The position numbers and the translations under genes were made by a program. Shown in pieces: positions 1 through 13,121 of a stretch of DNA of 64,000 nucleotides. Location: NCBI GenBank assembly GCA_040954595.2, contig CM082584.2, forward strand, positions 7,707,919 to 7,771,918, read 5' to 3'. Position 1 is the stretch's first letter, and the number at the start of each line of letters is the position of its first letter. Under the pieces are notes generated by a model that did no database searches, was not told where the DNA came from, and saw only the letters and a program-made list of their open reading frames with translations. This DNA is from Balanoglossus misakiensis (taxonomy: Eukaryota; Animalia; Hemichordata).

Positions 1-238
1 CCCTTGGAAATATTCATTCTCAAATTGGCGTTATTAATTATTGATTAGCGAACAGCTCTTTCAAGTTGGTATTGTAATCGTTTGAGAGGGAAGTAAAATC
101 ATGGGAATGTTTGCCTCAGTTGGAAAAGATGGCGTCGCCGCATTACCCTGATTTAAAATAAATATTTAGATTCCGTCGCCAGTGTCTGAAAGCAGGGATT
201 TGGTCATGCGGTTCGTTAGTTTGTTTTTTGAGTCATAC

Positions 239-276
239 CGTGGTAACTGTCCTGCGCGTGCGTACCATGATGCCAT
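239..276 (-). CDS. Candidate alternative first coding exon (MASWYARAGQLP+CG)
   Basis: AATATGG Kozak context, 38 nt, phase-2 donor CG|GTATGA. Confidence 0.35.
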
Positions 277-3200
277 ATTTGAAGGCAAGGAACAAATCAG
301 AATGTCACACCGGGGCAGAATGCATAATGAACAGTTTGCTCTGGAAGATCGTTAGCATATTAGAGAAATCCGACCTTTCGAAACGCACAGCACATTTTGT
401 GAACATGAGTGAAATCTGGCCAACTGACTTTGACTGACTGTACCCACTACAGTACACGCGCGTTGACTGACTGTTGCCACCTTTCAACATTGGGCAGTCA
501 TCTGATAGGTCGTCAATGTCCACGTCACAAGCAGAACATTCGAAAACATCCGTTAGCTCTAGCTCACCAGATAACATATAGTCGTCTGGTTCCCTGACCC
601 ACTTTGCCGCTCCGCCTATGAAAAGGGTCAGGCATACGTCATTCTATTCTTAGCTGTCATTGGCCAATCAAAGCATCACGCGTGAAAATATCGATCTCTT
701 TCTTGCGTTGGATAATCCACATTTTAAAATATTAATGAAGAAATTTCTTCATGTCTGTAGAGCAAAACGTAAAATTAGTCTGTCATTGGAAATGTATAAC
801 ACATTTGCATTGTTTTCAGGGCAGTATTCGTCTTGAGATTGAAAATTTACGGCGGCCGTTTTGCCCCAAAGTCTTCAGTGGCAAAACAGCTGCCACCTGT
901 GAGTCTGTCTCTTCGTTCACAGCGCAACCAATTATAGATCATTATATAACAGTGCCGAACATTTGACCTCTAATAGGTGGACCACTGTAATGCAAATTTC
1001 TCCGAAAACGTCATCGGATTCGCTTTTACTATTCTTGTGCAATGTAAAGGCAAATTTAACTTCATTTTTTGGTTCAGAAAACTTCATAGTCGTATCATAC
1101 AACGCCGCGGCCTTATCACTTCCCAAGCGAATTATTAAATGTCGAATTGTATTTTGTCGAGATATCGGAGAGGGATCAATCTAATCTACACCGCATGAAA
1201 TGTTAAAATATGATTTCTTCCTACGCATGCTGCCCCGGAAGGGAACGAGGTCGCATGGGGGTCACATAACCACGCGGGAATCGGCCAGAAAATTAACTGA
1301 GCTATACATCAAGTGAGTGCACCTTTGGCGCGAAAGCTGTCAGACTCGAAGAGTCGCACCGCGGACTCCAAGCTTCTGGAGGGAACCAACGTGATTTTTT
1401 GAATGACTTGAATCCATACACGAACAAGATCCACTTCTTTTCCCGCGTGTTCCCATTTTTTCACTTTTCGGTAGAATTGCGCGTTTTTGCTTTGCCGTGA
1501 ACATCCTCCCATTGTTTCACATCATGACACGTGCGCGTGCAGAAATAACATTTTGCATTCTTAATGCACGATTGTAAATGTCACGCGAGACACAACTGAT
1601 TCAATTCAACACAGTTAGGTATTTTCTATCTAATAAAATCGATAAAAAATAATTAGAAAACTAATTAATTCCACTGATGACGTCAGAGTAAGCTTTTATA
1701 TTTATTTAATAACTGCCGCCAACGCGAAGTTAAAGATCCCCGACCCGTTCAAGGTATTAACAAATACAAAAATGAATTTATAATACGTTAAGGTGGTTAA
1801 ATTCTAATTTTAGAGCAATAGTTTGAGAAAAGGGGTCCGGAAGAAGAGGCAATGGTTGTCATATATACATACATTGCTGGCTATTAGTTAAATAGCTTGC
1901 TTAATAGATAGATGGATGGATACCAGATTGAGAGAGAGAGAGATTTCAACTTTACGAAGTCCGTTTGGCATGTGAAGACAAGAACGAAAGGATCTTCTTG
2001 CAGTCACCGAGAACGGGCCACGAATCTCGAAGTACGAAGAGACGTCTGCAAGAAGTCCTCGGGGCGGATCGTGACGACGCCTAACTGTCAAGTACCGTGT
2101 AAGACATGGATATCAAAAGAATGCAGAGTCTTTCACTGTGCCCCTTCATTGTTGAGCATGGTTGCAATATAAACTGTCACCATGGCGACAGAGAGGTTGA
2201 CATCCTTTTCAATTAAGGGCTTGAGTTATAACAAGGGAAGTGACGTAGGTAGCTGTTCAACCTGTGTGCAAGCTGGAACGTGAATCGCTTTCGGTTGACA
2301 TCATGTAATGCTGATGATTCTTGACGGAGTTTGAAGTGTACAATACACTTGCGTTTCTGCGTCTCTATTACAAACATATAACTTTTCTTAATTTCTTTAG
2401 TCTAGGCTACTAAGCATATTATCCCAGTTTTGCATGATTTTTATCTACAATAGTACTTGATCAACAACCCAGAACACGAGGGATTTGTCAGTAGTTAAAA
2501 AATATGCATTGCAGTTGCGCAATGAATATCGAAGAGATGAGCCATCTGCGCAGATGCATCGGCACATGTAATCATGGAGGTACAATGTAATCAACACCCA
2601 ACTTTCCCGCGCCAAGGGACCGTTGCAATGTGCTCCTCACGCGCGCAATTCTATCTCCTGGGCCACCTTCGCGTGTATAATAACCGAGGAACACATCAAA
2701 CAAGATAGATGAGAAAGTAAGGCGGGGTTAAACAAAAATCGAATGACAATGTTTGCATGCGATATTGAACACCTCGATATCCTCGGGGCCTGCGAATAAG
2801 TGCGATATAATCGAGATGATGGATTTCTTAATTTTCAACAGTATGCTTTCAAATTGTGCAAAGCAGCAGCGCGGTCGTCATCGCCATTTGCGTTATATTC
2901 ACGGTCATGAGTTATATATATATTTGTGTTTGTCATTGCGTGTACATATAAATATCAGATATATACATACATTGTATATTACATAGCCCTAGTTTTGACC
3001 CTAAAAAATTGCAAACTAAAAAGACGTTTTAATAATTCAGTAATATTTTGTTGCATTACTACGAAGTGAAGGATGTTTCACCATTCGCTTTCAGTGACGG
3101 CTGACTTGCATCATTCATAATGTATGTAGAAGACCTGTGGTGACCTCGATATCTCGTAAACCAAATCGTAAACCAAGAGGGAAGGACCATTAATGCATGG

Positions 3201-5943
3201 TTTACGTCCGGTGTCCGTCCTTGCATTTTTTACACTAGCGAAGATGAAGCAGTGGGGAAATGTTGGGGTTTGTCAAAATGTCAGGGATATTGCATATTGG
3301 TTTGTCCACTTCAAATTTGGACGCAAATTGTACGCGAGTTTTTATAAATTAAAACTAGTTCCGGGTGTTTAAATTAAGGATTGTGCTGCGTCAGCACTTT
3401 TTTGCAATCCTTTGTAACATTTTCTCTGCGGTGGAAGAAATGTCTGAACGAAACTGTCAAAAAAAAAACAATATTATGAAGAGTCGGCGAGCAAAGTGTA
3501 CTCATGAGCAGTACGAGCGAGCGTTTTTTTAACTTTCTTTAGAGCTGAAGTAGTTTTCATCAATGACTATCCCTTATTAAGGCTGGGCAATATCAAATTA
3601 CTCGGCAAGGACTCGGATCATATCGCATTCGCCGAACCGGTAGGAGACGGCAGCAAGAGCTGGACGTGTACTGTTTCAAACCGCCACCTTTGGACGTTTA
3701 CCGTGTTTACAGTCTCGTAGAGATTTCAGAGTAACTGTTGTGCGCTTGACAACCAGGAAGCGGAGAGTGGGCAGGCACAGGCGCGAAGGCCGTTTGATTG
3801 TCTCCTTATCCTGTAGGACGTGGGCGTCGAACTAGTCTCATTTTCCAATTTGACCATGAATGTCAATATTAAATTCTGTAAAAAGCATTTTATCACCTGC
3901 TTTGCTTTTCCCTTTAATGACCACGTTATGTAAAGCACACACTTCCTTGCGCGTTGAAAACACTCCATCTGTGTCACTTTTCATCGTTTTTCTTCTAAAG
4001 CATCGCCATTTTCTTTTCGTGAAGTCGTTAGCGAAACATAAAGGGCGGGAAGTACAAGCACTGAAATTTACGTCGACAAAAAATATAACGGCTGGAAGCG
4101 TATGTACGTGACTGATGGAGTCATGACTCATGTAAGAATCGGTGAAAAAGTGAAAAAATTTCACTGCGTGCAGCACATGTTTATTTAAATATCATTACTC
4201 GGAGAAGTGTGCTCTGCGTAGCAATTAAATCGGTAGGATGAAGCACTGACTCTCGTCTCTGGACTGATTTCACTCTCGCCAGCCATCAATCCGTGCCAAT
4301 AGAGCACGATTTGCAAACTCCCTCACATCTCCCGACCCGACAGTTTTCACGACGGCTGATTCGACTATAGTCCCCGTGCTGCAAATTGATCCAATGATCG
4401 AACCTTGAAAGTGATCGAAACGGCTAATACATGAACAATGGAAACGGGTGCCGCAGCCGTTTACTCAAGTCTCTCGTTGCAAGAGCCTACGCAACTATAG
4501 ATGTATGAGAACATGCGTGTTAATAAAATCATCCACAAATTCAACATGGTGTCGTCCGTCGGCTAAGCATAACGAGAAGATTGGAGTATTTTATCGTTTA
4601 AAATATCAACGTAGAGGTGGCAAGCCCATGGGGCTTTACGCGTGCGCAGACAATCGCAGGTGCTGCTCTGTCAACATCTACATAGTGAGGAAAGTGTTCT
4701 AGCGATTTGCATCAGCAAGCAGTAAGGTGTCGCGAACTGATGTAATTGCACGCATATACGTACTTCGACGAAAACACTGCGAGAAGTTTTCACTTTGGGA
4801 AGATGTTACAGATGCAGTTTCAGATTCAGACTCATGGCTCCATAGCGTGGTTTCGTGGTACAACGGTAAAATAAATTTGCGTCAAATATTAGATTCACAC
4901 ACCAGCGATTGAACTCTACCGGGTTGTCTGCATAGTATTATAAATGTATTAAATTTCGGTTGCATTCCCGCCTGTGTATGGCGAAGGACCAAAGAAGACA
5001 TTAGTGAATCGAACGTTCTTGGATCTGCAGGTCTTGAGCCTATGCCTGTAGATGCATGTTATGTACGTCAATGCTAAATGGCGTGTCGGTCAAGGTAGTC
5101 TGCTGTGTGCGTAGTTGGAACCTGCGCCATGTTTGTAATTTGCATAAAGTCAGCGGGTCGAAGTAGCTGAAGTACAAATGTATGTTATTCTCCCTTGTTT
5201 CTGATCTCATCACGGTACAAATAGCTCGGTCAAGGTCATACCTTATAAAAATGTGGTTGTGAATAACATACAACTTTTAGCTGTTTCCTCAATGCAGCAC
5301 CAGTCAATTCCCTCCCAACTGTAAGCGGCAAAACCACTAGATTTCTGCAGCGGTTAAAATAAAGTCACCTTGCGATCTTTGCAAGTCACATTCAAAGCAA
5401 CGGGAAAAGAAAGTCGAACGCAAAAACTTAGTTAAACAACCACGGGTAATTAAGTAATTTGTTAAGAAAATACTGTATAAATTTCGTCAGTAATGCACTA
5501 AGCAAACATACGTGAGAAACCCCCTAGGCGTTTGCCCGCGGGGAACTTAAAATTGTATTGATTTTCGCATGTTAGTGCGTCATAAAACATTGTACGTACC
5601 ATTGGAGTTGGAATTTAGTCGTGGCGTTCATCATTTCGATAGACCTTACAATTGAACCTAGTTACTTTAGAGTCGCAATATTTACACGCCCCACTTTCTT
5701 TCTGATTATATCAGTAATGAAATTGTTGACGTATTCTTCATGCAATTGTACATGCCGCAATGAACCACGATGCTACACAAAGAAAGGCAATTTCACCGAG
5801 AAAGTCAGATAAACCATGGACGACGACATTATGATTGTACTACTACGCAAAAAGTGCAACTACCATTTATTCCCGCCCTCGGCGGAATAGCCATTCAAAT
5901 TTTAAGGCGTTCTCTCTTTTTTCTGTAGAGTTTACATGGAGAC

Positions 5944-6112
5944 TGGAGGCCATTTTGAATTTCCAAATTCAGACAATTTGGCGCTCTCTCATTCAGAAAT
6001 TTGCATGGTGACCGCTAATTTTTATTCCCAATTTTAAGAGAAAATAATCGTAAGTTGCCTTGAGCAAAACAAGGTTACGGGCAAAAGTTTAAGAGAGGAA
6101 TTTTCGAGGCGC
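5944..6112. repeat. Dispersed repeat family C
   Basis: GCCATTTTGAATTT...TTTGCATGGTGACC...TTTTATTCCCAATTTT. Inverted copy at about 7548-7605; others at about 32681-32826 and 37690-37790. Confidence 0.6.
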
Positions 6113-9100
6113 AATCTACCGTCGGTTCAAAATGGTTGCCAAAGTCTATTAATACACTAATAGTAACAACCCTCGTTTATTCTCAAATGTAATATTTCGG
6201 AATCCTTGAAGTCGGTCGACGACCTTTTTCACCAAATCTACCCTGAGGAATAAGGGTTTAGTTTGTACGTGTTGTTTTATTTTTAAGATCTAAACCGAAG
6301 TGCTACCTAAAGATAACCTACTTGTTCGGTTTGCATGTGCCATGGCAATAATTAAGGCTCTAACACAGCATACAGACTTCTAGATTTCATCGCTTATAAA
6401 AGGTCAACTTGATAAACAGAGGTCGTAGCTAATCAATCTGCCTGCCTGCCTGCCTGTCCATCTGTGTCTGCCTGTCTGTGTCTCTGTCAGTCCTTCCCAA
6501 CTCCTATCAAATTGTCTAACGCCATTTTAATTCAATAATCAGACTTACTATTTTTTCACACACATCACTGGAATATTTCCACTGTTTGTTTCGACCAGAG
6601 CCTGACCATAATCTTAATAACTTCCTCAAGTGTGTAGAATTGTTGACTGTATTAGATTCATATTTTATGATATCGAATTTGTCACACTTACTTTGATATG
6701 TGATATTTAATTTAGATACAACTCGTTAAATAAACGACAGACGAATCTTCGTAAGTACATGTATCAACAAAACACTCCTAAAGCTGAAAATTGCTATGTT
6801 CGCTATGACGAATATATGGCCATTGACTTGGAATACAGTATACGTCACGCTGATCAAAAGCGGCTCGGTTTTATTTTGCCCACGACCGTCTCGTAATGTT
6901 ACACGAGATTGAGAAGTAAACGAACGATGCGTACAGAAAAGGTGTGGAAACAGCGATAAGGTTTTGTCGCGCCAATTGAAAATTCTGAGCCGGTAAGACA
7001 AAGTGGCGGGAATCTTGATGCATGGGCAAGCAATGCTGCAGATAACAATAGCCTAGTTACATCGTAATGACACGTGATCACAATCGGTTGCCTTCCTTAT
7101 CTTTAATCTCGCCCCTGCCGCTTTCACGTTGCCATGACGACGTCATCGATTCTCCCAAGGGAGCTGAATGTGATATATTTACGGAAGGTTTTTGTCGCGT
7201 GGGTCAGCTTGAAGTTAGAGCATATTATACGACCAAAACCCTGCAGGTCAGACTTTTTGTGTATTTTGTATAAAGCGCACATTACGTGGGTATGTCCTTC
7301 ACTTCCATTATAAAAAAATCACACTGACTTCTCTCTCTGCGACTTTCGCCTTTGTTAGGTGAAAAAAATAACGTCCTGTTGTGCTCGGAACATTTAACCT
7401 CCTACGCGAACGACACGTCGTGACTTCGGCATGATATGACTTGAAAACGATGTTGTCGGAACGTCTGCGTCTGGCCAGCCTCGAAAATGAAAGACTTAAA
7501 CTTTTTTTTCTTTTTTTTTGCTCGCACAAGATTATTTTATATCAATTTTCTTTCTGAAAAATTGGGAATAAAAATTACGGGGTCACCATGCAAACATTTG
7601 AATGCGAGAGCAAAATTTGAATCTTCGGATATGCACGTTAACTTGCTGGCCAGGATAAAATATGAAGCGAAACTCATTTGCATGAATTTCCAGGTGCGAG
7701 GCATCAAATGTCTGACTTCGGGGAAAATCATTACTGACTGCCCGCAGAATCAAGTTGATGGGATTTTCTCCACCGAGCAAGATTCGCGTAGCCATAGCAA
7801 CTGGAAATTCAAAGCCACTGGAGGGAAACAGGTGGCGTGACAGGCCGACTTGTTAGCCGCGCATGCGCCTTATCATCACCAAGAGACGGCATGCATGCTG
7901 TCCTTTCATCGGAAAACCCTCGCTCTCCTGGGCGGGTCTGTGCCTGAACGCACGTATCTGGATGTCGTTCCGGCGCTATCTTCGATCAGTTTCACCAAGT
8001 ATAGATAGCGTGCTGTCTGTAACAACGCTAATCTCTGTTTATTTATCCCCCACGCCCAGACGTCCTTGCAGAGCCAGTGATACCCCGGATGAAGAACATT
8101 TATCACAGGCCCCAATTATAAGCCATAAACGTGCGAATTTACATTACACCTCGTGATTACAACCATTAAAACGGACTTCCTCCTAATAATCCTTTAATCA
8201 GATCTACTTCATGTAATTGCAGTAATTATTCAAAACAAGCAACCCCGGCAGCGCCAATTATGACGTCAGATCCTATCACCCATTTAAATCAGGCAAGGCG
8301 CTATAATTACATGTACATTACACACACAGCTATACCGTGTCGCGAAATAGCAATAATTAGAGAAACGCCTCCACTGAAGACCCTGCTTTGCGTATATCTT
8401 AATCGAAAATGAAAATAAAAGCAGATAAAATTGGGGCACTCGCAAAGGTATCTGCAACTGCACTGGGCATACAGACGTGATTTCCTCACAAACGCGGTTA
8501 TTAATACAATCAATTTCGATACGAGGAATAACGACTTTATTATTAAGACTTCGGACAAGTCTTTATTAGAAACTGCATTAAATTACGATATTATACGATT
8601 CCTGTGTTCGGTTTTTTTTTCGATTTTTCTCCGAGAGCGTGTAATACTAGTATTTCACCGGCTTTGAATTCGACGGTCTTGTGTTTATATCCGCACGATC
8701 TAGCAATCTAGAACGCAGCCTCAGGCACCGATGTCTTAGGACATACTAATCAACCGATTTTAAGCTGATCAAAGTATCGTTGTTGAATCGTCGTCAATTT
8801 CCCAGTCCACGACTTACGGCCGTGACAGTTGACACACAGCTAACCGCGTGACAAAAAAAAACCTCAAAGGGTTCGCGACTGAACGCAAACGACAACCAAA
8901 CACAAATATTATTACTGCCCGTCACAACAGTAGACGCGAGAGTGTGAACAACACACTCGGGCCAATTTTTTTTTACAGTTTCGGCCGTTGACTCCTCGGC
9001 GTCTACGTCACCAGTTGCAAATATTTTCGATCTGCAGAAGTTTGAAGGTTGACAAGGGTTGTGTTAACATGTTTTATCAAGCAGAAACGTAGTCTTGATT

Positions 9101-12100
9101 CAAGGGCATACACGAGCTCTTACAGTCATTCATTTATTTAGTAACTGTGGTTTTCTCTTATTTCGGCTTAGTTTTTTTTTCTGATTATTTTTCTTACTCA
9201 TTTATTCCACAGTGTAATTACGTAACCGAGTATTATGAATATTGCGCGCGTTCCTGTGACAACTAAAACCACCAATAATGACTCTATTGTTTCAGGATAA
9301 AGAATCTATTTAAAACAGCTGAAGACATTTCTTTAGAATTTGATTTCACTTAAGACTTACTAGATCGATGTCAGAAGGATAAGATGAGACAAGATAACGC
9401 GTGATTGGATATTAATAAAGTCCCTTTCAATGTTAGATTACATTAAACTTGGACTGTCCTGCGCAGACATTCAGATACAAAAACGGGTTGTATATAATAC
9501 ATATAGAATGCCATGGTTACAAACATTCTTCGACAAAACCAATTCTCTTAACCCCCTACCGGCTGAATATCACATGGGTCCATCTTTCTGATGTACACCA
9601 GATGGCTCTTGGACATGGTTGATGCAACACTGAAAGGGGACATTTGCTATATTATCCGAGTGTAATTGAACATTTAAACTAGTTCAGGCAGACAGTTAAT
9701 TAAACTGGGATTCCATAGCATTACTACTTAAGCTTTATAATGGAAACATTGACAACACCGAGTAAAAATAAGTTAACCAATGTTATGTTCCAGAAAAGCT
9801 CCATCTGAAATCAATTCCGAACAGTATGAATATCTTCCACAGAGTGGACAGTCTGGACAGCGAAAAGCCACCTGAAAACACATCCCAAAAACACGTGTAC
9901 CGACAATACCAAAGCTGTCTGTCCCACCGCTTTGAAGAAAAGAATAATTTTGGTCAAAAATGACAGCCCAGGCGGTCAGATTTTAGGACTAAAACACTGT
10001 CTGTCTTCAGATTGGTTGGCGCAACGCCCACGTAACACATTAGAGGTAAGAGTGTCAAGACCCAGTTATAATCTCAAGGAGCAACAGTGACCAGTTATAT
10101 TCATCTGATACGGAAACATCACGATTGAGTTGTTGAATATTAACGCTTTGTTTGGAATTCATGATTCACCATCTCTCAAGAGCGTGCGACGCAAATGTAG
10201 GCTGCGCGTTCTGCTCCCCGTATGTTCTGCGAGTCACAGGATTATACCACGCAGACCTAGAGTGCGGCCCCTCCCAGAGGCGTGCAGTTACTGCGACAGC
10301 GACAAGTAACATCTCCTTGGTAACGACAGCCACTAAAGTCATTTTACTGACAGCTGCCGTGACGCATACTGTCATTCAACCTCTGGCAATTTCCATTCGC
10401 CTAATCATTTGCGGCCGAGTCAACTTTTATATGTCCACAGTGCGTGGTGACACAACGAGGGATGAACACGTCAAACGTGAAAATTGTTATTCGCATTGAC
10501 TTGAAATTACCCCATGCCGACGAACATAACACGTAAAGCCTGGAACGAGTTTTCAAAGTTTAATGAATTTTATCGATTTTGCGATCATCGATTTTTTCAT
10601 CGTGAAAATGTCCACTCTTATATTCCGAAAGACGACACCTGACGGAAACTGCGCATGTTGATTTAACGAAAACGTAATCTCAATCCGTATTCAAAACGAT
10701 ATTAAATTCCGGGGCCGTCAATCCCTTCTACATATTCGTCTGCCCGTTTGTATACCTGCAACCGGCTGGGTATTGGCGTCGACTTTGCAGTGCGTCCTGT
10801 AAGTTTGTCCGCTCGCGTTTGAACGCGAAGCTGAAAAATATATCGGTGTGGCCATGAATCTACTATTATCGGAGGATGATATTTGCTTTGCAAACGTAAT
10901 GCATGCATCACGGTCGGACAATCAATAACAACTGGCTTGCCGCTTGACACTAGCTCTCGTTCCGCGTTTCGCTGACGACGGAGTAAGACATGTCTGCGTG
11001 TCGCGCTGCTCAAACGGAATCAAAAATAATGCTATATACATGGGACGTAATGCCCGGTCTTCGCGCCGGCGAAGGCCCAGTAAAAAGCGAATGAATGTCT
11101 CTCGCGATTCATTTTAAACAGGAGTTCAAGAGTCGAAACTAAGACCCGATGCAGTCTGGCCGCCTCCATTTCCCTTGGCGAGGTTCATCAATTTTAAATC
11201 TGTTTGAAATACCTCGGTTGCCTGGGCAAGAACAAATCGAAAAATAAGTCTTTCTGTGAGCTTTATATTCATTACTGAGATGCGGCAGTCAACGACCCCC
11301 TTCCAGCAACGCGAATATTACATCGGTCACATCGATAGAAAATGTACTCGCGTGGATCGCCCAAACCACGCGGGAGTAGCGCCATGGTATCTAAGTGTCA
11401 GTTTGACTGATGCCAGATGGGCGTTTGTGGTACAAGGTTTTTTTTATCGCGGAGAGTTTGATAAAAAGCAATTTGGCTCGTGAGTACGCCTAGACACAAA
11501 AAATGTGGCCCTTAAGCTTGCAAGCGAATCAGCCTGGAGAACGCATGCTCCAAAACTCATCAGCGAAATGAGAGACTGCCCCCGAGGTTCCCGCACATGA
11601 ATAACATATCTTCTGCTCGACCGAACTTATGAACAATTATCCTGCCTGTTTCAATTGATCGGCGTCATTCTATTATAGGGGGTTGGGTCTATACGGGGTG
11701 TGGGTCTACCCAATGGGTGGGGTGGGTGGGGGGGGGGTCAACGTTTCCCCGCTGCAATCGTGCTGGTGTAGCACGGAATGTATATCTGTGACAGTGGAAA
11801 GAAACGTACGCTTGCAGACAAAATTGTGGTCCAGAAAGGGTTCTACCACTAAATTCTGGAGAAACCCCGAGGGCGTATGGTTCTACGCTAGAGAGACTTG
11901 AGGATTAAATGCTCCTTGTAAATTATTTGTGTCTCCACGCCGCATTTTTTATCTAAAGCTGCAAAATTAATCTGCATAATTTAGTATTGATGAGAAACTA
12001 TTTATGTTTCAAGGAGTTTTATTTTTATATATCCGACCGACCCACACATCTTGTTAAAAGGTTTACATTAAGGTTGAATATTCTCATTTTATGCGAGGCC

Positions 12101-12987
12101 ACCATTAACTTGAGTTAGGTTTCGTTGAATTTGCGTTTAACGTTTTTATCATTTTGAATAACAAATTAATTAAAAAAGATCATTGGAAAGGACTATTTCA
12201 TTTTTTTGCAATTTGGCAGACATTTCTTTGCTTTACGGAGTTGCACTCTACTGGTAAATCAAAAGTTTTCAAACAACGGTAATAGGACAGGTGGATTGAC
12301 TTAAGTTCTTACGTAATATGCTCCCAGTATAGTATGCGCAATTAGGTACACAAACTCCCACAAAAATTATCTGCACTTTTCCATGCACTGTGTGTGTGTT
12401 GTGTTTATGTTGTTGAAATATGGCGTTTAAAAGTACCGGCGCGTCGATCAAGCACCGCGCTGATTTTTGACACTGCTTCTGGATAGAGCAATTTTCCCCG
12501 CGTATTCCTGGGAATTTCCCCTCACGGTATATTTTTTAAACTTATTCCCTTTGCTGTATGGACAGTCGGCGTGCATCGGGCATTGTCGTCAAGCATCGTA
12601 CCGACGAAACTGTACTCACGTAGCGATGGCAATTTACATGATGGACGGCACATACGGGGATGCTTCTCACGATCGCAAGACCGACATCGCTGGCTGTAGA
12701 GGCATACTAATTGGACGATTTTCCCGGAGCCATCGCGATATATATTTTTCATAGCTCTCCGCTCTCAGACAGAACGGCATAGATCAATGCACTGCCCCAC
12801 TCTTCTCGACGACCGCGCAGGTCAAATTTTTGCCGTCTACACGTTCAAAGATCAACCGCGCAGAAATACGAAATGATGACTAAATATTAACTGCACTTGA
12901 AACGGCATACATCATGCGAGGTGCCAGTGCAATTTCCGTATCTTAGTATTATGTAATTAGAAACCAGAAACTCGGTATGAATAATAC

Positions 12988-13121
12988 CTAGCTTCGATTT
13001 TCTTTTTCTGCATCTGAACGAGGAAAATATATCCGCCGTCACTTTTTACCTTATCTCTCGGCTGCCAGATATCCAGGCCGTTGTCCCTCGCCCCACCAGG
13101 CCGTCTTGACCCCGCTGCCAT
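12988..13121 (-). CDS. Candidate alternative first coding exon (MAAGSRRPGGARDNGLDIWQPRDK...KIEA+AG)
   Basis: ACTATGG Kozak context, 134 nt, phase-2 donor AG|GTATTA; a competing phase-0 donor lies at 13049. Confidence 0.33.

Noticed and set aside
305-577. 90-aa ORF with a CxxC motif
   Set aside because: No domain pattern beyond one CxxC, and it probably overlaps the leader of the candidate exon at 239-276.
1309-1512. Minus-strand ORF starting MGGCS (lipidation-like N-terminus)
   Set aside because: There is no convincing donor in the phase shared by the other candidates and no recognisable homology.
9560-10830. Possible internal minus-strand exons (about 9560-9629, 9779-9871, 10756-10830)
   Set aside because: Splice-like ends are present but the peptides are unrecognisable, so they cannot be supported without transcript data.
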